Shown here piece by piece: positions 28,250 to 41,157 of a stretch of 64,000 nt of DNA. The position numbers and the translations under genes were made by a program. Positions within the stretch are counted from its first letter, which is position 1; each line of letters starts with the position of its first letter. Source of the stretch: Geosiphon pyriformis uo1 (Eukaryota; Fungi; Glomeromycota); assembly GCA_016748015.1 (NCBI GenBank), contig JAAOMT010000254.1:186001-250000 (forward strand). The letters are read 5' to 3'. The notes below the pieces were generated by a model, which saw nothing but the letters and a program-made list of their open reading frames with translations, made no database searches and was not told the origin of the DNA.

Positions 28250-30960
28250 TAATATCTTTGCTGAAAACAACAATGACTTAAGAAGAACCGATTTGGTTCA
28301 ACACCAAATCTATACAGGAGATGCCAAACCAAGGCAACAACAAGCCTACCAAGTTGCTCCAGAAAGTCACCAATTTATCCAAGAAGAAGTACAACGGATG
28401 CTTAACAATGGGCTTATTCAACCATTAATGAATCCATGGGCCTCACTTGTGGTCCTAATTAAGAAAAAAAATGGAAAGATATGATTTTGTGTTGATTATT
28501 GACAATTCAACAGCATCATTATTGAAGATGCCTACCCTTTTCCCCAAATTGATAACATGTTAGATGCTCTTGGAAAATCCAAATACTTTTCAACACTAGA
28601 TCTAGAAAGTGGATACTGGCAAGTTGTCATGGATCCCAAAGATCATCCCAAAACAGCCTTCACAACCCAAGAAAGAAATTATGAATTCAATGTAATGCTT
28701 TTCAGATTATGCAATGCACCAGCAACATTTTAGAGATTAATGGATGTTGTGTACAAAGGACTCCTTTGGAAGTCAGTAGTTATTTATCTTAATGATACTG
28801 ATGTTTATTCTCTATCATTTGAATTACACTTAAAACATCTGTGAAAAGTTTTTCAATGATTACGAAAAGCAGGACTGAAACTTAACATCAAAAAATGCTA
28901 CTTTGAAAAAACAAGCTTGGCCTTCCTTGGTCATATTGTTAGTAAAGATGGAATCAAACTGGACCCTGGAAAAATCAGCACTGTCAAAAACTTCAAAACT
29001 CCTCGAAACACTACAGAACTAAGAGGATTCATAGGATTAGCCTCCTATTATCAAAAGTTTATCAAAGGATTCTCAGAAATTGCAAAACCTCTCAACCAGT
29101 TTACCACCAAAAACATTGAATACAAATAAACTGCTGAACACCAAAACACATTTGAAATCCTCAAAGAAAAACTAACAACAGCTCCAATTCTTGCCTATCC
29201 AGATTTCAGCAACCAATTCTGATTAGCAACAGATGCCTTTTATACTGCCTTTGGCACTATCCTATCACAATTAGATGACAATGGAAATGAGCAAGTAATT
29301 GCTTATGCTAGCAGAACATTGAAACCAGCTGAGAAAAATTATCCTGCCACAGAACTAGAAACAGCAGCCATAATTTGGGCTCTACACCACTTCAACCTTT
29401 ATCTCAGACCTAAAGAATTTGATATTATCATTGATAATATTGGATTCAAATGGTTACAAAACAAAAACACCCAACTCAATGCAAAACAAATCTGATGGAT
29501 AGGATTTTTAGCAAACTATCGATATATAATACACCACAAACCAGGAAAACTTCATACCAATGTTGACTGTCTCTCAAGAATGAGGCAAGATTAAAAAAAT
29601 AAACCAATACTCAATCCAAACAACAGAAACAGCCACCAAACAATGAATCCTGAAAACTACAACAATATCAAACAATATTTAGAGATTTTCTACACAACAA
29701 TATTATTTATTATCGAAACTTCTGAAATCCAGACAAACCACTCAGATTAATACAAAAATGTGAAAAGGAAACTATCTTAAACAACATGTACTCAAACCCT
29801 TCATCAGCACATTTAGAAAAAAATAGCACCACCCAAAGAACATTAGAACACTACTTTTGGCCTCGAATGAGAAAAGAAATTTATGAATATGTTAAATCTT
29901 GTGATAGTTGTTAAAGAAGAGAAAGAACTCACCCTACAGAACTTTTAAATCCAATCAAAGTTGGACAACCTTTTGACCAAGTTGGTATCGATTTAGTCAG
30001 ACCATTACCTATCACAAATCAAGGAAACCATTATATCACAGTAGCTATAGACTATCTCACTAAATGGCCCGAAGCCAGAGCCATTCAATGAGCAGATGTG
30101 AAATCAGTAGCAAATTTCATTTACAAAGACATTATCTGTAGACATGGTTGTCCAATCAAACTTTTGTCTGACCAAGAAACACATTTTGTGAACAATTTAA
30201 TCTAAGAAATTTGTAAACAATTCAATGTCAAAAGACCATTGTCTTTACTCTACCATCCATAAACAAATAGACTTGTAGAATATTTCAATAGGACACTGTG
30301 TAAATCATTAGCCAAAGTCTCAACTGATTTTGAACAGGAATAGGATATCTTTATTCTATCAGTGTTACTAGCATATAGAACACTAAAACAAGATACCACA
30401 AAACACACACTATTTGATTTAACTTACGGAAAGACAGCAACATTACCAATTAGTTTCACAATAGAAATATATTCAGTATAACCAATTAATAAAGACAACT
30501 TTCAGGAAACACTACAACAAAAAGCCTATACTCTGCTTAGCACATTGGAAAAAAAACAATGAATAGCAGCCACCCATATTAAACACTCCCAAGCTCAACA
30601 AAAAAAACGGCATAACAACAAATTACTTTCAGTTACCAATGAATTTAAAATTGGAAACAAAGTTCTTTTATACAGAACTAAAGCTGAAAAACAATGGAGT
30701 AGAAAATTTGAAAATAAATGGGATGGACCATTTTTTATCCATGAAGTCCTAGGCAATAGATCATACAAGCTAAGACTTGATAACAAAATTCTAGCAAAAG
30801 TTGCACATGGAGATTGTTTGAAACACTATAATTCCAGACACAATCCTGAACCATTAATTCCACAAATTGGTACACATTCCTCTTTAATCAATCCCAAAGA
30901 TATTTCCCAAAATTTAGAACCAATAGTTGTCATTAAACAACCTCCCAACTTGAACACTTA
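28250..30960 (+). pseudogene. D RT, RNase H and integrase, disrupted
   Basis: NPWASLVVL, TLDLESGYWQ, YLND, LATDA, YASRTLKPAEKNY, YLTKWPEA, KWDGPFFIHEVLG. Confidence 0.93.
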
Positions 30961-31083
30961 ACTTAAATTTATTATTATAGTTATCTCCTTATAATTTAGA
31001 AACAATCTCACAAAAACAAAGCAAAAATAACATAAAAACTCATACACCAAAAATAATTTTCTTTTATTTTCAAATCTCTTATA

Positions 31084-31802
31084 ATGACTATTCCTTAAAA
31101 CATTCAACAATTATCCCAAAAACTAATGTTAGCTTTAAAAACAATACCAAATTATCTATTACTGTTACTGGAAACCACATTAATTATACCCAAACAGAAA
31201 TAGTTACAAATTTAGCCCCAAATTCACGAAAATATCACCCATATAAGAAGAACACAAAAAGTTATTCTGGAATTCACCTGCCAAACCTTTTAAAGCTTGC
31301 TTTAAGAGAAAACTTAATGCTCATTTCTATTAGTATTCCACCAAATACTACTATTCAACAAAAACTTCAACTGTTTCTTAAAAAAAAAAACTATGACTAT
31401 ACTCTAATATATAGATATTTTTACATTGGAAAAACACTTCACAAACAAAAACGGGAGCTTACAGCAGCAAATTTCACAAAAGAAGCTATTCGGAAACAAC
31501 TCCACAATGAATTCAAGACAACAACTGGATCTACAAACAGTCATTATAAACTAAGAGCTGTTCTTAGACTTTATGACTTATTCCACATCTGTGAAAACGT
31601 CCTACAAAACCCAATTTTACAGCCTTTGAAGATTCAATATATTGGAAAGCTCACAGAACTGAAATTTCAACAATTTTCAAACCAAATTTCTTCAATAATT
31701 TTGGATTATTATCTGGAAATTACAGACAGTACTTGGACTTTGATGGAGCTCAGTCTTGAGAAAAAGGTTATATTACTAGACAAAATTAGAGATATTGTTT
31801 AG
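31084..31802 (+). pseudogene. D accessory 3' ORF, running through the PPT into the LTR
   Basis: ORF 31317-31802 plus upstream MTIP start at 31084; homologous to C 34861-35580. Confidence 0.8.
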
Positions 31803-32755
31803 CATAAAATTACTTTTATAAATCTTATCATTAATTAGCATATATTATCATTTCAAATTATTACTTATTACATTAGCAAAATGTCCGAAATTATTATTTA
31901 ATTAATAACCCAATTTGTACATAACACAAATGTAACCTAAGTGCAATGATCAATCATGTAATACCCTGAAATATGTAACATTCAAAAGTTCACCAAAATT
32001 TGTAGAAATTTACTGAAATAATTGATAGTTCACCAAAATATCTAATAGTTTGCAGAAATAACTTGTAGTTTGCCAAAATGTATCTTTAGTTTGGTGAAAT
32101 TATAGAAAAAAGCAAAGTTCAAGTTCATAGAATAGTGTTACGACAAGTTGTATAAAAAAAAAGCTTCTCTCTTTAAGAAAATGTATCTTACTTCAGATTA
32201 AACAATTAGAATTACCCTTTATACACAAAAACAAAATAACTATCAAATAAATTTGAAAAGCCAAATTCTTAATTATTTCCCTTGAAATTAACCAATTCCT
32301 ATTAACAGTTTGAAATTAATTAGCTACCAATTTTAGTAGACTGTTAAAGCACTTCCAGGCCTGGATCTGAAACAACTTCCATAAATCACCAGTTTTACTT
32401 TTCTTTTACATTTTTTTTATTCTCTTTAATTTCTTATTATAAATTATTTGGGTAGCCTACAGACAAAGATTCCTGTAAAAGAGTTGACTTTCACAGCAAA
32501 GTAACTACACATTTTTAATGAGCTTCTAGATGAGCAATTTCTGGGAAAGAATTGATGTTTACTACAACATAACTATACAAAGTAACTGGCACAGAATTGG
32601 TCATTCCACTTATAAGCCCAGCAGTTTAAATTATAGGAGATAATTTGAAGATAAAATTCAGTTATCGGAGGTTCAAACACTTCCCATAGTCATGAATTAA
32701 CAGCATTACAACAAACATACAAGAGCTAAGAAGAGACCAAAAACCTCTGGTAACA
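31771..32755 (+). repeat. 3' LTR of D
   Basis: Direct repeat; ends GGTAACA. Confidence 0.95.
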
Positions 32756-34710
32756 CTACTCAACTATTTCACCAACAAAAATGTGCTATATCAATGAACT
32801 GAAAAACAACAGAAAGCCTTTGACACTCTTAAGACAAAATTAACAACAGCCCTAGTTTTTGCTTATCCAAATTTTAACAAATGATTCCAACTAACCACTG
32901 ATGCTTCACATATAGCTTTTGGTGCCATTCTGTCACAATTAGATAAAAATGGCCAAAAACAAGTCATTGCCTATACCAGTAGAACACTCAAGCCAACAGA
33001 ATTCAAATATGGCTCAACTAAATTAGAAGCTGCTGCAGTTATTTGTACTATTAAACATTTTCAACAATATTTGAAAAATGGAAAAAAATTTGATATTATA
33101 ACTAACAATATTGGTCTCAAATGGCTTAATAAAAAGAAAACTGAACAAAGTGCCAAACAGTCTCGATAGAATAATTTTTTAGCAGACTACAAATATATTG
33201 TACACCACAAACCAGGAAAACTACATACTAATGTTGATAGCCTCTCAAAAATGAGACAAGATTAATATCAACAACAAATCCATTACAATTTACCAACCTA
33301 CCAACAAAATAACCAAACAACAATGGATCCCAGAAATTATAACAACATTAAAAACTATTTGGAGACTCTTATCATACCAGAAAATTGGTCTCTAAGTGAA
33401 AAACATCGATTACAACACCAATTCAAACAATATTTCATACACCACAACAAAATCTATTACAAAAATTGCAAAAACCCAAATCAACCACTTAAATTAATAC
33501 AGAAGAATGAAAAAAAAAACAATTCTATACAACATGTACACAGATCTTTCTTTAGCACACTTGGAAAGAAATAGAACAATTTAAAAAACTCTTGAATATT
33601 ACTTTTGGCCTCACATACAAAAAAACATTTAACAATATGTAAAATCTTGTGATAATTGTCAAAAAAGAGGAGGAACTTGCCCTACAGAATCTTTAAATCC
33701 AATCAAAGTTGAACAATTTTTTGACAGAGTTGGAATTGATTTAGTCGGACCATTACCTATCACAATCCAAGAAAATTGTTATATTGCAGTTGCAGTAGAT
33801 TATCTTACCAAATAGCCTGAAGCTAGAGCCATCCAAAGAGCAGACACAAAATCAGTAGCAAATTTTATCTATGAAGACATTATTTGTAGACATAGATGCC
33901 CAATTGAACTTTTATCTGATCAAGAAACACATTTTGTGAACAACTTAATACAAAAAATTTGTGTACAATTCAATATTAAAAGACTTTTATCATCATCTTA
34001 TCACCTCCAAACAAATAGACTTGTAAAATGATTTAATAGAACATTGTGTGAATCTTTAGCCAAAGTTTCAACAGATTTTGAGCAGAAATGAGATATCTTT
34101 ATTCCATCAGTGTTACTAGCATACAAAATACTAAAACAAGATACTACAAAACACATACTATTTGATTTTACTTATGAAAGAACAGCAACATTACCAATTA
34201 ATTTCACAGTAAAAACATATCCAGTGCAACCAATTAATGAAGAAAACTTCCAAGAAACACTTCAAAGAAAAGCTTATACTTTTTTTAGTATATTGAAAGG
34301 AAAAAAATACAGAGCAACCACTTATATTAAACACTCCCAAGCCTTACAAAAAGAAAGACATAACAACAAACTGCGACAAGTTACCAATGAATTTAAAGTT
34401 GAAAATAAAGTTTTCTTACACAAAACTAAGGCTGAAAAACAATGAAGTGGAAAATTTAAACATAAATGGGATAGACCATTTTATATCCACGAAATTCTAA
34501 ACAATGGATTATACAAGTTAAGACTTGATAACAAAGTACTGGCAAAAGTTGCACATAGAAATAGACTAAAACACTATCATTTCAGAAACAATCCTGAACC
34601 ATTAATTCTACAAATTGGTATACATTTTTCTTTAATTAATCCTGAAGATATTCTCTGAAATTTAGAACCAATAATTATAATAAAACAACAACCAAACTTG
34701 AACACTTAAT
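32756..34710 (+). pseudogene. C RNase H and integrase, disrupted
   Basis: LTTDAS, YTSRTLKP, YFWP..CDNCQ, GIDLVGPLP, YHLQTN, KWDRPFYIHE. Confidence 0.92.
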
Positions 34711-34860
34711 TTAACATAATTTTACAATAATCCTTTTAATAACACACAAAAACAAAAATAGTAAATAATTACAAAAAACACCCAAACCTAAAAACAAATA
34801 AAATTCCATATCCAAAAAATTATTTTTTTTATTTTTTTTTATTAGCTAACCATTTTTATC

Positions 34861-35580
34861 ATGATTATTCCCCGAAATATCCAACAAATATCCCAAAAAT
34901 TAATGTTAGCTTTGAAAACACTTCCTGATTTATCCATAATAATTAATAGAAGTCAAATTAATTATATTTAGAAAAAAACCACAGCTCCAGTAGTAAATAA
35001 TTCTCAGAATTATTATCCTTATAGAAAAAAAACAAAAAGTTACTCTGGAAATCAATTACCAGAACTTTTGAAGCAAGCACTAAAAGAAAACCTTTTATCT
35101 GTCCCTATTGACATTTCACCAAATACCACAATGCAACAAAAATTTCTATTATTCCTCAATAAACAAAACAATGAACATACTCATATATATAGATATTTTC
35201 ATATTAGAAAAACATTTTATGAACGAAAACTGGAACTTGAAGCAACCAATATTACTTCTAAGACTATACAAAAACAAATTCACAATGAATTCAAGACAGC
35301 AACTAGACCAACAAACACTTGCTACAAACTTAAAGCAGTATTTAGACTCTATAATTTATTCAATACTTGTGAAAACGTCCTACAAAACCCAATACTCCAT
35401 TCAATGAAGATACAATACATTGAAAAGCTCACAGAACTGAAATTTTAACAATTTCCAGACCAGATCACTTCAATTATCTTGGACCACTATCTTAACATTA
35501 CAGATAGTGCTTGGACTTTGACAGAGCTCAGTCTTAAGGAAAAAATTATGTTATCAGTAGAATTTTAGCTATTAATTAGC
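34861..35580 (+). pseudogene. C accessory 3' ORF
   Basis: MIIPRNIQQ start at 34861; ORF 35068-35448 YRYFHIRKTF..LKAVFRLYNLF..LQNPIL..KLTELKF. Confidence 0.8.
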
Positions 35581-36517
35581 ATAAAATGACCCTCATAATT
35601 CCTATTATTAATTAGCATATTATTATTATTTCGAATATCACTTATTATTTAATCAAATTATCAAATATTATTACTCAATCAATAATTCGATTTGCACCAT
35701 AGAAATTAAGATGATCAAATTACACAATACTCTGAACCATTTAACATAGTCAAAATTTGCCGAAATTAATGAAAATTGGCTGAAATAATCAATAGTTCAA
35801 TGAAATAACTTGTAGTTTGCTAAAATGTATCTTTAGTTTACCCAAATTGTAGCAAAGAGAAAAATGCAAGTTTAAAAATTAGTACTACAACAAGTTGTAT
35901 AAAAGAAGAGCTTCTCTCTTCAAGAAAATGTATCTTCTCATAGTATATTACCATAGTATCTTACTTTATATATCTTAATTGAAACAAATTATCTTTTACA
36001 TATTTCAAATAAAAATTAAATATTGAAAACCCAAATTTTTTAATTATTGCACTTGAAATTCTCTCAACACAACTAATGTTTTGAAATTAATTAGCTACCA
36101 ATTTCAATAATCTGTTAGTGACTCCAGGCCTGAATAGAAAACGTTTCTCTTGTTAGAATTCTATTTCTTTTATATTTCTTTTATTTTCTTTTTTTTTTTT
36201 ATTATAATTATTAAGGTAGTCTACAAATGAGATTCCTGTAGAAAAGTTGACTTTTATAGCAAAGTAACTACACATTTTTAATGAGCTTCCAGATGAGCAA
36301 TTCCTGGAAAAAAGTTGACATTTACTACAACATAACTACACAAAGCAACTAGCATAGAATTGGCCATTCCACTTATAAGCTCAGCAATTCAAATTATAGG
36401 AGATAATTTGAAGATAAATTCAGTTACTGGAGGTCCAACTACTTCCTGAGAATGTGAATTCACAGCAAATCAACATTAACAACATTCAAGAAAAAAGACC
36501 AAAAACTTCCAGTAACA
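35549..36517 (+). repeat. 3' LTR of C
   Basis: TGTTA...TAACA; direct repeat of 16852-17821. Confidence 0.95.
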
Positions 36518-36943
36518 CCACTAATAAATAATCTAGGCCAAAAATTAATCTTATAGCAAATATTATGTAAATAATAGAAGAAAGAGGCATTGCACTTAAA
36601 AGCTCTAGTAATACATATAGGGTATCTGAGTTTTCAAGACCACAGGTACACTTAATTGAGACTGTTATAGCTTCATGTACAACTTACACTAAGATTAAAG
36701 ACTTATTAAGGAAGGAAAACATTTTGTATTTGCATTAGATACAGAATGAAAATAGATCACTAATAATATGGATAGACTTTACAAGAAAATATAGGCAAAG
36801 TAATAGTGGTAGAATTCCCAAATGGTTTAAGATTTTAGAGTTTACAATCATTATGGATGAACACAGAAACATTAATGTAACCCAATATGAAACAGTGGAA
36901 ATACATAAAATAGATAACCAAATACCAGATGACTTAAATACAA

Positions 36944-39341
36944 TTTTTTTTTGTTAACATGTAGCCATGTTGGTTATTTATTAGTTATGTTCACAGTAAT
37001 ATAGCATTTTCATAAAGCCAGTTTACCCAATAATACAAATCACAAGATGCAGCTAATCACAAGCAGAAAGCCTTAACTACATACTAGTACTATCTTTGCT
37101 ACTTAATGTATTAAACATATCTAATTCATATATCTTACTCATAATACTAACAAGCTCATAACTATCCTTAATCATATTACTCATTCACTTAGCAGTCTGA
37201 TTAGGACTGGATTTGATTCCAGAAGGCTAATTTTCTTATAAATGTATCATAATATCAAAGGTATTATCATAAACCAAAAAATCTTTATCATTATTATCAT
37301 TATCATCAACCATGTTGTCATTATCTGATTTATCCTCCAAGCAGATCTGTTCACATTTTTTTTCAAGGCATGTTATTCTTTTCTGTATCACAATGGCAAT
37401 AGCAGCCAAGTCTTTATTTTGCTTAGCCAACCCATCCACATATTTCTTAACTGACATATCCATGGCAGTTGGAGTAGACAGAAATTTAGTAACCAATACA
37501 ATCAGAGCACCAACAGACTCAACCAAGGATTTTATCAACACAGACAGTTCACTAAGATGGGATTCCAGAGAAGCCAACTTAGATTCAACAGCAAAATTGG
37601 GAGCAGAAGAAACAGCAGGCAACACAGATGTTACAGTTTTGGAAAAATCACCAAGATTCAAGTCCATATCAGCAGCAGCAGGAGGAACCACAAAGACAGC
37701 AGCTTTGACATAAGATTTAGATCCAGCAAATAAAGATTTGAAAACTTTGGAACCACCAGAAGTATTGAAAGAGAATTTGGGTGGGAGAGGAGGTGATATC
37801 TTGCAGTCCACAGCCAAATAATTCAAGTCTTAATACTTGTAGCAGCAGTAATATCCAGAAGTTTTCTACCAGATACAACAATCACACAAGGTACCAGTTT
37901 TTGACACAGCAACATTCAAAGATTCCAAGGAATCAAAGATAACCACAGCAAAGCATTAATGCTGATAAGATTCAGGAAAGTAAAGAATGAAACATGTACA
38001 GCCACCAACTTGGGAGACCAAATCACTTATTTCAAAGGCAGTACAGCCAAATAAAAGATTAACCAACTTAGCTTTGAATACATCTCTTGAGGAGATAATC
38101 TCCTTTTGGTTGTCAATGAGAAAAATTCTAACATTATCTTTTCTAATCAATACAAACCAGTTAAAGAGAGCAGCAGCAGCAGAAGAAATGTTTTTAAAAT
38201 TAACCACAGCATATTGCCATAAGCCAGCAGGCTTCAACTTAACAGAAATGACAACACCAAAAATGCCAAGAGCAGTTTTGATATTATTAAAAGAGGTACC
38301 CAAAGATATATTATGCAAAGAAAAAAGAAGAACCAAAGACCACACCAGAAGACCATGCAATCTTAAGAGTAGTCAAAAAAACTTCATTATTAATGGTCAC
38401 TTTGGTAGCACTATTTAGACTCTTCTAAGATTTAAATTCCACACAGAACAACTTAACAGCATCTTGTGAAACTGACTTAAGTCCAATACAACCAGGCAGC
38501 AACTAAAACAAAAAACCAAGCAGAGTCATTTTGATTTTAAATGTAGTACCAAATACTAAATTGGATATTATCCAACCAGAGAACCTCTGACGACCATTCA
38601 CATTCTCCCAAGCACTACCATCAGCAGCACCAGAAACTAGGGAAGGGACAGTTGATTTTATTTTCATCTGATTAGCTCAATCTTTGAGATCATCTGGATT
38701 GATAAACTGTTTTGCTACTAAGATTGGTGATAATCTGCTAAAGAGTATCACATTAGACAACACAACCAGTAGTTGATCTTGGCCTATCTTGGAAGATATG
38801 CCACTGCTGTTGCCATCTATATTAAGAAGAGGGCTGGCTGCTGCTGTGAAGATCTTACCCAAGATCTTATCTGGAATTACAAAGGGATTTGGTGTTACTA
38901 AAGCAGTTGCAACTGTCTGCTGCTGTTTTTTGGAATTTTTTGTTTTCATGGCCATTTGTAAAGCAGTAGTAATAGAAGTAGTAGTGAAAGTAGTAAGAGC
39001 AGAAAAGACCAACTTATTGACTAATCTGTTATTAAAAATCTTTGGGTTTTTAAAAGCAGTAGAAACAACACTGGAACTAACCCAAGTGTGTTTTTTTGAA
39101 AGAACTTTGACTGAAGAAGAACTACCAGCCAAAGATAAAAAAAATAAACCAAAAGCCACTAAAGGCAGCTTTTTACTAGTATTTTTTAAAGGAAATATTG
39201 CCAGAACGTTTTGTCTAGCTGTTTCAATAACAGAGAGATCTTCTCGTATTAAAACTTTATTAATTACTATAGAAAAAGTACTGTTTGCAACTTTTTTACT
39301 CTTAGCTCTATTCATAGTCATAAAAATTAGGAAAGAAAAAC
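36944..39341 (-). mobile_element. H1: ORF1-only non-autonomous retroposon, inserted into the LINE
   Basis: T-run at 36944-36952 is the poly(A) tail; TSD core TAAATACAA at 36935 and 39344; single decayed ORF from 39321 to about 37076. Confidence 0.9.
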
Positions 39342-39429
39342 CCTAAATACAATGCAAAAAGACTCTATTTATATCCAAATTTCTGATGCTCTATTACCAC
39401 AATAGAGAAATGTGCAAGAGAAGTTGAGA

Positions 39430-39860
39430 CTCAGAAAGGAAATAGAAATATCAACAAATGGCTCACTGGTAAAAGCTAGTTCTGAGGATACTAAAGGAGC
39501 AGCCACTTTTATGACACATAGAATAAAAGCCAACTTTGATATAGCAGTTGATAAAACATTATTGTCAACAAAAACTGAGACAAAAGCTGTATTATTGGCT
39601 TTGAAAATAGTACTCTACAAATGTAAACTGATATTAAACACAAATAGTTAGGCAGTAGTGTCAACAGCTCAAAAATAGTTGTTCAAAAATTCTCCCTTGT
39701 CTGTTAGGAATCAGCTCAAAACTTCTAACTGGTGCATATAAAATGCAATTAAAGCAGTAATAAGGAAAAAAAGAATTGATCTTACCATAAACAAAGTGGC
39801 TGCACATACTGAAATATCCAAAAATGAGAAGGCTGACAAATTAGCCAAAGAAGCTACTGC
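39430..39860 (+). pseudogene. LINE RNase H domain
   Basis: STNGSL (decayed TDGS), STKTETKAVLLAL, NTNS* (decayed DSQ), KVAAHTEISKNEKADKLAKEA. Confidence 0.88.
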
Positions 39861-40086
39861 CCTTAACACAATGGAATGGACCTACAATGACAAAAATACC
39901 AGCTATGTTCCCAGTTGCAGAGAAATTAAGTTGGATCTAAATATCAGACACTTTTTGACTCAACAGACCAAACTTCAAGCAGCTTTGAAATGGATAAGCA
40001 ATAATAAAGTCCAAGAGATATTAAGACCTTTAGACTAAAAGATAGACTAAAAAAGCATAACCAAAGTTTGGAATTGGGATGGTAAA

Positions 40087-40804
40087 ATGTTCTCTGGCTT
40101 TACTTTAGCCAGTTCCTTAGCAATGCATACATTTATTATGAAATCATTTCACAACATACTGCCAACAGCAGAGGTGCTATATAACAGATGTCTCTTTGTG
40201 TATTTAATTAATCTTTGCAAAATATGTCACATGGAAGTAGAAACCAACTGTCACTTTTGGGAATGCTTTTTGAATACTCAAAAAAACAAGACACTGATAG
40301 ACAAAGTGAAAAATAAGTGGATGCAGTGCTTATCAAAGACTATGGGAGGAAAACACAAAACCTTAAACTCTGACAAGAAGTTGGTCCTATCTAATAAGTA
40401 TATTATGTCAACATTCAACATAGATCTACTATACAATAAATTGATCAATAAGCAATTTGGAAGAATTAATACTTTCACTGACATTGATCATAAAACTTGT
40501 AATAATATATTAATTGGAGTGTGTAAATGAGCAGTGGCTCAAGCAAAAAGTAGATTATGGGATGAACAATTCAAATTACAAACTGAGTGAGAAAAATCAG
40601 TGAGTATTAATAACAAAGTTAAGAAAAGTCTATCAGGTGTGTTCAACATATATAAAATATTGGGAAGTGATAGTGATGATAACAGCAAAGCTAAAATTAA
40701 GATTTTTATAGTGTAATAAGATACTAATTGATGTTTTTTGTGGTAGAATTGCTTTAAATAATAGTGTGATACCTCTTAGATTTTCTGATTATATTAGTAT
40801 GTAG
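40087..40804 (+). pseudogene. LINE ORF2 C-terminus with CCHC finger
   Basis: LPTAEVL..CKICHMEVETNCHFWEC; probable end ..DYISM* at 40804. Confidence 0.75.
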
Positions 40805-41157
40805 TTAGACATAGCCACTTAGTAATTAGTCATATCTTGTAATTTAGATTATTGGGTGAGTTGGCTTTATAAAAAAACCATGCTTTTTGAGTGTGGCTAA
40901 ACTAATAAAAGATTAGTGTAACTACATGTTAACAAAAAAAAAAAAAAAAAGAGCTGAAGATAACAAAGGAGAATTGTTGCAATCTTTTGAAAAATGTCCA
41001 GTTAATCCACAACAGTAGCACACAGGTGATAAGGAGGCTGCTGAGACTAGTTCAAATCTAAATCTTTAGGTTGTTGATTATTTCTGACTGTTTAGGCTAA
41101 TAGTTCTAATAGCCAAGCAAAATTTGCTGTAAGTCTATCTATTAATTGTTTATTTAG

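Larger units (their letters stand above)
22941..32755 (+). mobile_element. Structurally complete Ty3/Gypsy element D (9.8 kb, relative of C) with dUTPase
   Basis: 985-bp LTRs 22941-23925 and 31771-32755; TSD CCAC/CTAC; PBS from 23928; PPT 31758-31770. Confidence 0.95.
16852..36517 (+). mobile_element. Ty3/Gypsy family C element (about 9.85 kb own sequence) with dUTPase, containing nested D
   Basis: LTRs 16852-17821 and 35549-36517; perfect 4-bp TSD CCAC (16848-16851, 36518-36521); PBS from 17824; purine tract before 35549. Confidence 0.95.
15524..40950 (+). mobile_element. 5'-truncated LINE (ORF2: RT, RNase H, CCHC; poly(A) tail); own sequence 15524-16851, 36518-36943, 39342-40950
   Basis: 14-bp TSD GAGCTGGAGGTGGC (15510-15523) / GAGCTGAAGATAAC (40951-40964), differing only by G>A; A-tail at 40934-40950; non-LTR RT motifs. 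Confidence 0.9.

Noticed and set aside
17867-31802. Alternative genetic code or programmed readthrough to explain frequent in-frame TGA/TAA/TAG
   Set aside because: Stops fall at different positions in sister copies and map to CGA/CAA/CAG/TGG codons, so they are mutational decay.
30700-31802. Chromodomain or Env downstream of integrase
   Set aside because: Integrases end soon after the GPY/F-type motif; the downstream ORF has no visible signal peptide or transmembrane segment.
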